Shown: piece by piece, positions 1-9,915 of the stretch | How the letters are laid out: every line of letters begins with the position of its first letter | Numbering within the stretch: the stretch's first letter is position 1 | NCBI GenBank assembly: GCA_965248355.1 | Contig: OZ252098.1 | Span: 3,488,001-3,552,000 of the forward strand | DNA: 64,000 bases | DNA from: Candidatus Latescibacterota bacterium | Lineage (GTDB): Bacteria; Latescibacterota; UBA2968; UBA8231 | Direction of reading: 5' to 3' | Notes under the pieces: generated by a model | The model's database searches: none | What the model was told of the DNA's origin: nothing | What the model saw: the letters and a program-made list of their open reading frames with translations, nothing else | Made by a program: the position numbers and the translations under genes

Positions 1-378
1 ACACCTTCCACGAGGTGACCAACTACTACCCGTACCGCGGCCTTCGGGGGCGCCGCTACGTACGTGCGCAACCTCTACCCCGAGCTGACGCGGCCCCTGC
101 CCAGCGACCTGTGGGCCTCCCCCACGTGGAAGGCCGTCGAGGGCGAAGGGATGGAGATGATGGGGAAGCGCCCGACGCAGGCCTTCCTGCACCAGCCGGC
201 CGAGGCGCTCTTCGACCTCGAGGCGGACCCCGAGGAGTCGACGAACCTCATCGACGAGCCGGCCCTGCAGCCGGTGGCCGGGGAGATGCGGAACAAGGTG
301 AAGGAGTTCCGGGTACGGACGCGGGATCCGTGGGTGCTGGCCTCGCGGCAGATGGGGGAGACGGGGCTGGAGGGCTGA
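1..378 (+). pseudogene. C-terminal part of a sulfatase (N-sulfoglucosamine sulfohydrolase-like), truncated by window edge, apparent frameshift at about nt 60
   Basis: Frame 3 reads TFHEVTNYYPYRGLRGRRY, then frame 1 continues YVRNLYPEL...ALFDLEADPEESTNL, a typical sulfatase C-terminus. A lone G at 60 separates the frames. Confidence 0.7.
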
Positions 379-403
379 CAGCCCCGGGGGATCCGGCGGC
401 CCC

Positions 404-1312
404 TCAGGGCTGGTAGGGTGTGCCCGTTCGCCGCAGTCTTTTTGTGATGGCCAGCTGCACCGTGCAGTAGTCGCCGATGTACTCGGTGGCGAACCCGGGC
501 CGCGCGTCGGCGATCGTACCGACGATCATGTTGGCGTACTCGTAGGTCGTGTCGTAGCGGTCGATGATGAGGGCCACCATCTCGATCCAGGCCTTCTTCA
601 GCGCCTCCCCCCAGTTCGGTCCGATGCCGCCCGTGAGCCACTCCTCCGCCTCTTCCACGTGGCGCGTCTTCTCCACCACGGGGCTGGCGTTCGGGAAGCC
701 GGGGGAGCGGTCGACGCGGATGGTCACCGCCGCGTCGATCTCCACCCCGGCGGCGGTCAGCTCGCCCTCGCCCATGCGGGCATGGGTGTCCCCCATCGAC
801 AGGTAGGCCCCCGGCTTCTGGGCGCGGATGTGGACGGTGCTGCCCGGCTGGATGGAGTTGAAGTCCATGTTGCCGCCGTGGTCGATGGGATGGGGGGCCA
901 CCGACGCCAGCTGGATGACGCCGACCATGGGCCGCACGGGCACCACGAAGTCCGGCGGGAAGTGGATGAGGCCGTCCCGCACCGGGGCCACCGCCCGCCA
1001 GTAGCCCCAGTGGGGGCCGGCGTTCCGGTAGAACCCGTAGGGCCCGCACTCCATGTCGAGGATCTCGATGGCGACCCAGTCGTCGGGCTCGATGCCCTCG
1101 ATGATGAAAGGCCCGCCGTGGCGGGAGTGCCGCGGCGTGTCGGCGGCCACGATCATGCCGGCGCGGGTCTCGCCGGCGGCCTCGTAATCGTGGTCGGCGC
1201 CGCCGACGGTCTCGACGACTACCGTCTCGCCCAGTTCCAGGGTGCCGCGGGGCTGACCGCGCTCGGGGTCGTCAGGTCCGGAGTAGCAGGGGGTTCGGGT
1301 GAAGCTTCGCAT
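404..1312 (-). CDS. Acetamidase/formamidase family protein
   Basis: Motifs GPFIIEGIEPDD, HGGNMD and SMGDTHARMGEGE. Confidence 0.85.
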   Translation of the reverse strand: MRSFTRTPCYSGPDDPERGQPRGTLELGETVVVETVGGADHDYEAAGETRAGMIVAADTPRHSRHGGPFIIEGIEPDDWVAIEILDMECGPYGFYRNAGPHWGYWRAVAPVRDGLIHFPPDFVVPVRPMVGVIQLASVAPHPIDHGGNMDFNSIQPGSTVHIRAQKPGAYLSMGDTHARMGEGELTAAGVEIDAAVTIRVDRSPGFPNASPVVEKTRHVEEAEEWLTGGIGPNWGEALKKAWIEMVALIIDRYDTTYEYANMIVGTIADARPGFATEYIGDYCTVQLAITKRLRRTGTPYQP

Positions 1313-1343
1313 GTGCTTATCCTGTGTGAGAGGTCAGGTCATC

Positions 1344-2837
1344 ATGCAACCTCAACCGACGCCCTTCCTCGACTGGTACGGCATCTGGCCCTCCCACCGC
1401 AAGCTCGAGGAGGACGGCACCGTCTGGTCGCAGGACCCGCCCCGGGGCATCGAGCTGACCCCCGAGTTGGCGCGCAAGTCCGAGGTCTTCTTCCACAAGG
1501 AGCGCCCCTGGGAGCAGGGAGCCAACCTCCACGTCAACGCCATGCTCCACACCGAAGGGCGCTACCGCCTCTGGTACGGAGTCCAGCGCCTGGAGGACCT
1601 GGCGCGCTCCTATGTCTGCTACGCCGAGAGCGACGACGGCTTCGCCTGGCGGCGGCCGGAGCTGGGACTGTGCGAGTACGAAGGCTCCACCCGCAACAAC
1701 ATCATCAGCGCCGGTCTCGACCATCCCCTCGGCTGGGTCTTCATCGACCCTGCCGCCCCGCCCGCCGAGCGCTACAAGGCCGTCGGCCCGGGGGCGCGCT
1801 ACTTCCGCGGCGGCCGGCCCGACCCGGAGATGGACGCCGCGCGCTTCAAGGCCCTGCTGGCGGCCCGGGACCTGGGGGATGTGTCGGCCGGAGAAAAGGC
1901 CCGGGGCATCGAGATCCGGCAGCAGCTCCTGGGCGCGACCTCCCCCGACGGCATCCACTGGCACAACCTCGGCGCCCCCGTCTTCGATGCCGGCGCGACC
2001 CAGCTGGATACCCACAACCTCTGCGTCTACGATCCCCACCAGGGGCAGTACGTGGCCTACCTGCGCGGCCATCTCGACCGCCGGCGCCTGGTGCGCCGCG
2101 TCTCGGGCCCGCGCTTCGAGTCCCTCGCCGAGCCGCGCCCCTGCCTCTTGCCCGACCCCCTGGACGCGCTTGACGACGACCTCTACAACCCCTGCTACAC
2201 GCCGTACCCCGGCACCCGGCCGCGCTACCTGATGTTCCCGTCGGTATACCATCGAATCGCTTCTACGGTCGATGTCCAGCTCGCGGTCAGCCGCGACAGC
2301 CACCAATGGATCCGGCCCTTTCGCCAGCCCATCGTCGACCGCGCCTATGAGGGGGGAACGTACGGCCAGCTCTACGCCAGCCCGAATCTCATCGCCGCCA
2401 ACAGCATCTGGCGGCTGCCTTTCAGGGGCTATCAACGCCGCCACGACTTCCTCCGCCGCGGCGCCACCTACCCCGAGGACGGGGAGTTCCGCTGGGCGTG
2501 CTGGGACCCGGACCGGCTCGCGGGGATAGAGGCCAGAGGCGAGGGGCGGGTCACGCTCATCGAGCGGCCGTGCTGCGGCCGCCAGCTGCTGCTCAACTTT
2601 CGCACCGCCCCGGACGGCTGGATCAAGGTCGAAATCGTCCGGACCATTCACACGCCTCCCCGGCCCGTAGAAGCTCACCCCGGCTTCTCCCTCGACGAGG
2701 CCGATCCCCTCACGGGCGATTCCATCTCCGAGGCGGCGCGCTGGCGGGGCCGGTCCGACCTGGCAGTCCTGGCGGGCGAGTCCGTCGGCCTCCGCTTTCA
2801 CCTCTACAAGGCCAAGCTGTTCTCGGTGTCGATCTGA
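1344..2837 (+). CDS. Hypothetical protein, glycoside hydrolase-like beta-propeller
   Basis: Repeated Asp-box-like motifs (YAESDDGFAW, ATSPDGIHW, AVSRDSHQW); start set at ATG 1344. Confidence 0.6.
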   Translation: MQPQPTPFLDWYGIWPSHRKLEEDGTVWSQDPPRGIELTPELARKSEVFFHKERPWEQGANLHVNAMLHTEGRYRLWYGVQRLEDLARSYVCYAESDDGFAWRRPELGLCEYEGSTRNNIISAGLDHPLGWVFIDPAAPPAERYKAVGPGARYFRGGRPDPEMDAARFKALLAARDLGDVSAGEKARGIEIRQQLLGATSPDGIHWHNLGAPVFDAGATQLDTHNLCVYDPHQGQYVAYLRGHLDRRRLVRRVSGPRFESLAEPRPCLLPDPLDALDDDLYNPCYTPYPGTRPRYLMFPSVYHRIASTVDVQLAVSRDSHQWIRPFRQPIVDRAYEGGTYGQLYASPNLIAANSIWRLPFRGYQRRHDFLRRGATYPEDGEFRWACWDPDRLAGIEARGEGRVTLIERPCCGRQLLLNFRTAPDGWIKVEIVRTIHTPPRPVEAHPGFSLDEADPLTGDSISEAARWRGRSDLAVLAGESVGLRFHLYKAKLFSVSI

Positions 2838-2859
2838 GACGGCCGTCCCGCCGCTCTCC

Positions 2860-3093
2860 CTACGGAGCGTACGGATCCTCCGCATCGAGGATCTTGCGCA
2901 GGGTCTCGTCGTCACCGAAGCGGTTGATCTCGTCCTCGTAGTTGCTGTTCTCCGTGCGCACCTGCTTGACGTGCCAGAGGATCCACAGGGCCACGCCGAC
3001 CACGACCATCAGGCCTTCCAGACCCACGAAGGGATAGAGGGGGCCGATCTCGGAGATGTTGCCGCCCCAGCTCTCGATGTTTCCAGTAGCCAT
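2860..3093 (-). CDS. Small single-pass membrane protein downstream of amt
   Basis: 77 aa, one hydrophobic helix, RBS AGGAGAG, GC-rich third codon positions. Confidence 0.75.
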   Translation of the reverse strand: MATGNIESWGGNISEIGPLYPFVGLEGLMVVVGVALWILWHVKQVRTENSNYEDEINRFGDDETLRKILDAEDPYAP

Positions 3094-3127
3094 GACTCTC
3101 TCCTGTGCGTTCCGAAGCGGTTTCGGT

Positions 3128-4495
3128 TCAGGCCTTGCCGAGCTCCTCGCGCTCAGCGTCGATGATGCCCTGCTCCTCCTGGGCCCGGTCGTAGGCGTTG
3201 GCGTAGTCGAGACCGGCCAGCTCGATCTGGCGCGGGATGCGGAGGATCCCCGCGCGGTTGAGGATCTTCGCGGCGATCCAGCCGGGGATGAAGCCCAGCA
3301 CCAGGAACATGATCACGGCGCCGGCGATCTGCCCGAGGGGATTGATGCTGGCGAAGCTCGCGTCCGGCGAGGAGGGATAGCCCCAGAGCACGAACCCGCA
3401 AATGACGACGCCGAAGAAGCCGGCGTACCCGTGCACGGCCACGGCGCCCACCGCGTCGTCGATCTTGAAGCGGCGCTCCACGAAGTAGTGGACCTTGTAC
3501 ATGAACAGGACGCCCAGGGCGGCGATGATCATGGCCTGCACCGGGTGGTAGAGATCGTTGCCCGCCGAGGCGGCGATGATCCCGGCCAGACCCGAGGAAT
3601 AGGTCCAGTAGGCGTCTCCCCTGGAAATGATGTAGCCGGCCAGCAGCCCGCCGGAGAGAGCCATGAGGAAGTTCACGGTGATCGCCGACAGGGTCGTGGG
3701 CGCCAGGTAGATGTTGGTGGCCGAGAAGAAGGTGCCGTCGCCGCTCTGCACGTCCCACATGGGCACGTTGCAGGCCACGTAGAACCCCCAGAAGCCGGTG
3801 TAGATCAGGAACAGGCCGATCGTCACCAGCCACGGGTTGCGGGGATTCAGGCTCCGCGGGGTGCCGTCGGCGGCGAACTTGCCGATGCGCGGACCCAGGA
3901 CCACCAGCACGCCGAGGGCGAAGCCCCCGGCGATGGCGTGGATCACGCCCGAGGCATAGGCGTCATGGTAGCCGAGGATCTTCACCATCCAGCCTTCGGC
4001 GTGCCAGCCCCAGGCCGCGTCGATGACCCAGAACACGGACCCGATCAGGATCGCCAGGATCCAGAAGGCCGAGGAGCGGATCCGCTCGATCACCGACCCT
4101 GAGACGATGGAGGCCGCCGTCCACGAGAACAGGAGGAAGGCCGCCCAGAACACCCCGTTGATCCGCGCCCAGCCGTCCGGATCTCCCGCGCCCCCCATGT
4201 GGGGCCCCATGAGCTGGCTCCAGGCCACCGCGTGGGGCGCTTCCACCAGCCCGCCGGTGATGCCCGGGCCGTTGGGGAGGGCGAAGTAGATCCACCACCC
4301 GAAGAAGAAGAAGGTGATCGTCACCAGCGGGATCAGCATCGTGTTCTTCATGAGGGTGTGCATGTGGTTCTTGTGCCGCGAGACCCCCACCTCGTACATG
4401 CAGAAGCCCACGTGGATGAAGAACATGAGCACCACCGTGATCCAGTAGTAGAACTCGGTGAAGATGACGCTGAGGGAACCCAGCTCGGTGGTCAT
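3128..4495 (-). CDS. amt: Ammonium transporter (Amt family, divergent)
   Basis: About 11 TM segments; SGSVIER, HDAYASGVIH and DDAVGAVAVHG (twin His); RBS GGAGGA. Confidence 0.9.
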   Translation of the reverse strand: MTTELGSLSVIFTEFYYWITVVLMFFIHVGFCMYEVGVSRHKNHMHTLMKNTMLIPLVTITFFFFGWWIYFALPNGPGITGGLVEAPHAVAWSQLMGPHMGGAGDPDGWARINGVFWAAFLLFSWTAASIVSGSVIERIRSSAFWILAILIGSVFWVIDAAWGWHAEGWMVKILGYHDAYASGVIHAIAGGFALGVLVVLGPRIGKFAADGTPRSLNPRNPWLVTIGLFLIYTGFWGFYVACNVPMWDVQSGDGTFFSATNIYLAPTTLSAITVNFLMALSGGLLAGYIISRGDAYWTYSSGLAGIIAASAGNDLYHPVQAMIIAALGVLFMYKVHYFVERRFKIDDAVGAVAVHGYAGFFGVVICGFVLWGYPSSPDASFASINPLGQIAGAVIMFLVLGFIPGWIAAKILNRAGILRIPRQIELAGLDYANAYDRAQEEQGIIDAEREELGKA

Positions 4496-4697
4496 GCTCT
4501 TCCTCCGTGTTGCCTGGGGATGCTGCTTACCCGGTTGCGGGCAATAAACGGCGGGAGGGGCGGGGGGATCAAGAGGAAAGTGGCACGAGGGTCCGGCAGG
4601 GGGTCAGAAGGGCACGTTGCCCCCCCCAACGGAGAAGACCCGGTTGCTCCGACAAGGGGTCCCGGTCCTCCTTCAGCACCTGCCTCAATCCTTGGGC

Positions 4698-5402
4698 CTA
4701 GCCATTCGGCCCGGGAGGCGTTCCAGCAAGTTCCAGCCAGCGCCGGAAGTGCGGGCATGCGGACCGAATCGCGTCGAGCCCGACTTGGATAGAGGCCAAG
4801 CTACCCATCAACGGCTTTTGATACCCGGGCACAAGCTCGGCCACGCGCTTCGAAGGTGCAGTGTCCGGCGAGTCATCGATTTCTTCCGGACTGGCGAATT
4901 GGTCTCGAATCTCCTGGAACCTATGTGTCAGTTCGGGGCGCCCGATTCCTTGGCCGAATCGGTCACAATCACTGAATAGCAGGGCTTCGAACTCGTGCAT
5001 TGCCACATACGCTATGAATCGCTTCTGATCGAAGTCCGAGCCCATTTCAAAGGCGATGTCCTTCGAGAGCGCATCTTCGACTGTGGACGCTCTCTCCGAT
5101 GAAGATCCGTGCCTGGTAGCTTGCAGGCGCCCAGGCCATGCCCTTGGACCAGTTTCCGGCATCCCGTAGTAGTCCACCATTGTGGTGGCAAGGCACCCTG
5201 GATCTTCCTTCAGGTGATTTGCGATCTCCCTTCGCACCGTGCTCCACGCCCTGGCTCCGCCACGCCGGTCCCGCTGGCGAGCGTTTCCAACCAGACGTGC
5301 GCCGACTCTGGAAAACCCATGACCATAGAGATGCGGCGCCAGCAGTTCGTTGACGAATTGCTCTTCGGTCTGGCCCTCGACATGGACAAGCAGCCGGTTC
5401 AC
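4698..5402 (-). CDS. DUF4276 family (TOPRIM-like) protein
   Basis: VHVEGQTEE, TTMVDYYG, HEFEALLFSD, APSKR and CPHF motifs; GTG start overlaps the ATPase stop (GTGA). Confidence 0.8.
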   Translation of the reverse strand: MNRLLVHVEGQTEEQFVNELLAPHLYGHGFSRVGARLVGNARQRDRRGGARAWSTVRREIANHLKEDPGCLATTMVDYYGMPETGPRAWPGRLQATRHGSSSERASTVEDALSKDIAFEMGSDFDQKRFIAYVAMHEFEALLFSDCDRFGQGIGRPELTHRFQEIRDQFASPEEIDDSPDTAPSKRVAELVPGYQKPLMGSLASIQVGLDAIRSACPHFRRWLELAGTPPGPNG

Positions 5403-6267
5403 GGTGAGAATCCACGGTTGTCCTCCTGCGAAGGACGTCCGCCGATTTCGTTCTTTTCCCAAAGCTGACCCAGGCTGTACTCCTCCAACCAGGCTGCGAG
5501 GTTCTCGCCGTCCAGCCTTCGGAGCGTCGTTGCCCCCTCCACTCGGTCGGCCACGATCACGTCTTCTGGCTCGAAATGATCCAGCAGCACCGGCGACTGC
5601 GTCGCGACGATGATCTGCGATTCCACGGACGCCTGCTTCAGCATGGAAGCCAGCAGAGTGATGGCAAAAGGATGCAGTCCCAGCTCCGGTTCATCCAGAA
5701 GAACTACGGAAGGCCGAAGCGAAGCCGGCTGAAGCAGGAGAGTGGTCAAGGCGATGAACCTCAGCGTGCCGTCGGACAGGGATGACGCGTCGAAGTAGGC
5801 GTCCGATCCGGAATGCCGCCATTCGAGACGGATCGTGGCTTCGTTCAGAGCCTGAGGTTCAAGGGCGAAGTCATCAAGGAAGGGCGCCGCCAATTGAACG
5901 GTGCGAAGGATCTGCGTGTAGGATCCGCCATGCTTCTCTCTGAGAAGAAACAAGAACGCAGCGAGATTCGAACCGTCAGGGCGAAGGTACCGATTGTCAT
6001 TCACCTCGGCGGTCGCTTTCATCGGCGACGCAGAGCCGGTGTCGTGAAAGTGGTAAAGCTGCAAACCTTCGATGAGTCGGCGAACGTGCTCCGGCGGTAG
6101 AGGATAACTCCCTGAATCGTCCCAATTCACTTGCCCTGTTTTCTCGCCAGGGAGACCAGACGGATGGTAGCCCATGATACCCACAAAGAGCCCATCGGAA
6201 TCGTTTCTGCCCAATTCGATTGCATACCCGGCCCTGTCTTCGTCAAAGGAGACTTGCATCTCGAGTT
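5399..6267 (-). pseudogene. 3' part of AAA_21/ABC-type ATPase interrupted by IS256
   Basis: LSDGTLR signature, Walker B LLDEPELGLHP and ATQSP; joins in frame to the 5' part at 10816. Confidence 0.85.
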
Positions 6268-6932
6268 TTGAGGTCGGGCAAGTCCCATTCTCAGTTGAAA
6301 CGTAGCCCAGGCTCGAGTGGATGAGTCAGCCCGTCATCGCGAGCTGCTGGATGCCGAGTTCGGCTTGGAGCGCTTGCCGGAGCATCGGCAGGTGGTGGTA
6401 GCCGTTGACCCGGCGGAGGCGAGGTTCGATGTCAAGCAACGCCGTGGCGACCCAGCGGTGACGCTGCGACGAGTTGGTCCAGCGCCGCACGTTGTGCGTC
6501 AACTGCTCCAGGAGACTGTTGACGTTCTCGATACAGTTGGTGGTACGGAAGGAGGCCTTCAGCATCGGCATCAGGCCCAGGCGGTGGAGCGTGAGGGTTT
6601 CTTCCTGGCCTTCCTCCAAGCTGCGCAGGGCCGACTGGTTCATCAACTGCAACCCCGGTTTCAGCGCCTCCAGGGCGGCTTGGGCCTCCTCGTACGTCGA
6701 GTGCCCATACGCCGCTTCCAGCTTTCGACGAAGGCCGGCCTGCTCGCTCTTGGGCAGGTACGAGACCACGTTCTGGCGCTTGTGATACTGGCATCGCTGC
6801 ACGCAGGCATGGCCTTGAAGCACCGACCGCACCGCCTTGTACACCCTCTGGTTGCATAAGAACAGGGCTTTTTCCTCCTCCGAACGGCCCATTGTCACTT
6901 GCGGCGCCCTCTGAAAAAGGGGTATTTGATAC

Positions 6933-8488
6933 GGGTGTAGCCTCGGTTTTACGCAGCCGTCTTGTCGGTCTGTTGTGTAGTCTGATGGAGGTACCAGTTC
7001 CAGAAGGCCTCCCATCGTTGGGATTGCACGTGGACTCGTAGATTGAGGATCTGCTGGCCTCCTTGGCGGGTCCAGCGCATGCCGCTGCGTTTGAGTCGAT
7101 GGCCGACCAGGGTCTTGGCGGCGGCCTCCACGGGACCACTGGAGAGGATCAACCCCGAAGCGCGATAGCGCGCGTAGTCCATCTTGTCCCGGTTGTTCCG
7201 GAAGTAGCCCAGCTCGGTGGTCACCTGACGATGGCGTTGGGAGCCGGGACGAAGGTTGCGGCGGTGGTAGGCCAGGGAGCGGATCAGGCCCTGAACGGCC
7301 CCGGGCTCATGACGCAGTTTGTGCCGCCAGGATCGGTACCAGCGAGCCGCTTTCGACGACCGCTTGCCGAAGAGGGGCTCGGCGGCCTTTGACAGGTGGT
7401 GGGCCGCGTGATAGAAGTCGAGAATCCGGGTGAAGCCGTCGAACACCGGCTGCCGATCCACGCTGCGCCAGATCTGGCGCTGGCCGTCGGCCAACACCAC
7501 CCGGTGGTCATACTCCCCCCGCTGCAGGGCCCGGGCCGTCTCCTCCACCAAGCCGTGGACCAGGGTCTTCATCTTGGGCTCCGGCATGCGCGCGGCGTAG
7601 CGCACATCGACGCGTTGGGGGTCTTCCGTCGCCGGGTCCAGCGGCGTCCCATACGTGGCGACCATCCCTACCCCGGCCTCCTTCCAGGCGGTGGGCGCGC
7701 GGTCGGGGTCGGGATCCGTCGGTCGTTCGGCGGGCCGTCCGCGTTTCGGCGCCGGCTCCCGCAGCGGCACGGTGACGCCGTCCCAACTGACCACCAGGGT
7801 GTCGCCCTCGGTCTTTAGGGGCGCCGCCTCCTGCAAGGCCAGCTCGAGTTGCTCGGCGTGGTCCTCGGCGTACTGACCGACGGTGGTCAACAGATGCTGA
7901 ATGGCGGTGCGCGACGGGGACGCCGGCAACAGCTCGGCCAAGCTGGCCTCGACTTCGGCCGGGACCAGGCGGGCGCCCAGAAAGGCCGTGAAACGCTCCA
8001 GCGCCGGCACCATGAATCGGTGGACCATGCCGCAGCGCTCATCCAAGGGCACCCGGCTGGGGCCGCCCCGATCGGGCTGATACAGCCGACGCGGCACCTG
8101 GACCTTGCCCCACAGGGTCATCCATTCCTTGTGGACCACTTGCTTGAACCGGTAGACCCGACCGTGGTGGACCACGGTGTCGTCGGCGATCTCGCACGCC
8201 TGCGCCAGCCGTTGGAAACCGATTCGACCGAGGTCGTCCAAAGCATCTCGCAACTCGCTCACCCTCTCGCGAAAGTCCTCCGGGCCGGCCTCCGGGGATT
8301 GCGGGCGATGCTCCCACTGGAGGACATTTTCCTCGAACTTTGTCAGGCGAGCGTGAAAATCCTTCGTATCTTCCATCAGGGACCCCTTTCCGGGTTTGGG
8401 CGTAAGTCCTTACACCCAAAGATACATTCGTGCCCGGACTTGGGGTCCCCCTTTTATCGACAATCTGCGTAAAGTGAAGGCTACACCC
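6933..8488 (-). mobile_element. ISKra4-family element (1556 bp)
   Basis: 8-bp duplication TTTGATAC (6925-6932, 8489-8496); 24-bp IRs GGGTGTAGCCTCGGTTTTACGCAG / GGGTGTAGCCTTCACTTTACGCAG (20/24). Confidence 0.88.
6949..8376 (-). CDS. ISKra4-family transposase
   Basis: VSWDG, LADG, LDFYHA, SSGPVEAAAK and RLKRSGMRW motifs. Confidence 0.85.
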   Translation of the reverse strand: MEDTKDFHARLTKFEENVLQWEHRPQSPEAGPEDFRERVSELRDALDDLGRIGFQRLAQACEIADDTVVHHGRVYRFKQVVHKEWMTLWGKVQVPRRLYQPDRGGPSRVPLDERCGMVHRFMVPALERFTAFLGARLVPAEVEASLAELLPASPSRTAIQHLLTTVGQYAEDHAEQLELALQEAAPLKTEGDTLVVSWDGVTVPLREPAPKRGRPAERPTDPDPDRAPTAWKEAGVGMVATYGTPLDPATEDPQRVDVRYAARMPEPKMKTLVHGLVEETARALQRGEYDHRVVLADGQRQIWRSVDRQPVFDGFTRILDFYHAAHHLSKAAEPLFGKRSSKAARWYRSWRHKLRHEPGAVQGLIRSLAYHRRNLRPGSQRHRQVTTELGYFRNNRDKMDYARYRASGLILSSGPVEAAAKTLVGHRLKRSGMRWTRQGGQQILNLRVHVQSQRWEAFWNWYLHQTTQQTDKTAA

Positions 8489-8541
8489 TTTGATACTGTC
8501 GACCAAGACATGTATCGACCCCTTTCAGAAGGACACCGCAA

Positions 8542-9915
8542 GTGAGGTTCAGAAAAGAAGACATTTTGGCCCGTTTTCACAAGCTCCCGCATCTTCGCTT
8601 CGAGGATCAACAGCTGACTTCCTTTGCGGGAGCCATCGTTTTTCAACTGCTCTTCCGGCGCCTGGATCTGAAGACTCGGCTGAAGTCGTGCTTCCCCGCC
8701 AAGAGCTCCGCGATCTTTGGTCCCCATCTCATGGTGTTGTTGCTCATCGTGCATCTGCTGCTGGGCTTCCGGCGGCTGCGAGACATGGACTATTACCGGG
8801 ACGATCCGGTGGTGCTGCGTCTGTTGGGCTTGCGCCGCCTGCCGGACGTGGCCACCCTCAGTCGCGCCCTCGCAAGAATGGGCCGTTCGAGTATCGAAAA
8901 AGTGCGCCACCTGTCTTCGGTCCTGGTGGTGCAGGCGCTCCAGCGCGAGCGGTTCCCCCGTCTGACCCTCGACTTCGACGGCTCGGTGATCTCCACTTGT
9001 GGTCATGCCGAAGGGACCGCCGTGGGCTATAATCCGAAAAAGAAAGGGGCGCGCAGCTATTACAACCTGTTCTGTACGGTGGCGCAGACCGGACAGTTCT
9101 TCGATGTCCTTCACCGCCCCGGCAACGTCCATGACAGCAAGGACGCCCATGCGTTCATGATGGACGCCTTCGATCGGGTGCGCGACGCGCTGGCGCCTAC
9201 CGTGCTCGAGTCCCGACTCGACAGTGCCTTCTTCAGCCAGGACACGCTCACGCTCCTGGACCTGTATGGCGTCGAATGCACGATCAGTGTCCCTTTCGAA
9301 CGCTTCCCCGTACTCAAGGACCAGATCGAAGCGCGCCAGCGCTGGCGCTTTCTCGATGAACACTGCGCCTATTTCGAGAGTGACTGGAAACCCCAACGCT
9401 GGCCCGCCTCGTACCGATTTCTCTTGGTCCGCCGTGCGGTCGCGCGTCAGACCAAGGAACCGCTGCAACTGGATCTGTTCGAACCCCGGCCCATCGATCA
9501 TGAGTACCGCGTTCTGGTGACCAACAAGAGGATCTCGGCCCGCCGCGTGCTCCTCTTCCACTATGGCCGCGGCGCCCAGGAAGGGATCTTCGCCGAGGCC
9601 AAGCAACAGGCCGGGCTGGATCTGATCCCCACCCGGCGGCTGCTCGGCAACCAGATGGTGACTTTGTGTGCGATGATGGCCCACAATCTGGGACGCGAAA
9701 TGCAGATGCGGGCGCAGGCGCGATCCAACTATTCGCGCGCCAAACGCCCGGCGGCGTGGACCTTCCAGACCTTGGACACTCTGCGTCATCGCTTCATTCA
9801 GCGCGCCGGGCGCCTCACTCGGCCCAAGGGCGAGTTGACCCTGACCCTGAACTCCAATCCAAAAGTGGAAAAAGATCTGTTGCATTTCCTCGAAACACTG
9901 AAGGATGCCGCCTGA
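8542..9915 (+). CDS. IS1380-family transposase
   Basis: LTSFAG, LDFDGS, RPGN, RLDSAF and YGRGAQEGIFAEAK motifs. Confidence 0.9.
   Translation: MRFRKEDILARFHKLPHLRFEDQQLTSFAGAIVFQLLFRRLDLKTRLKSCFPAKSSAIFGPHLMVLLLIVHLLLGFRRLRDMDYYRDDPVVLRLLGLRRLPDVATLSRALARMGRSSIEKVRHLSSVLVVQALQRERFPRLTLDFDGSVISTCGHAEGTAVGYNPKKKGARSYYNLFCTVAQTGQFFDVLHRPGNVHDSKDAHAFMMDAFDRVRDALAPTVLESRLDSAFFSQDTLTLLDLYGVECTISVPFERFPVLKDQIEARQRWRFLDEHCAYFESDWKPQRWPASYRFLLVRRAVARQTKEPLQLDLFEPRPIDHEYRVLVTNKRISARRVLLFHYGRGAQEGIFAEAKQQAGLDLIPTRRLLGNQMVTLCAMMAHNLGREMQMRAQARSNYSRAKRPAAWTFQTLDTLRHRFIQRAGRLTRPKGELTLTLNSNPKVEKDLLHFLETLKDAA

Noticed and set aside
8410..9885. 491-aa antisense ORF over the IS1380 transposase, and other long shadow ORFs (e.g. 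21819..24503, 37095..39833, 45064..48222, 55475..57949)
   Set aside because: They lie opposite or out of frame to well-supported genes, have no motifs, and are expected in high-GC DNA
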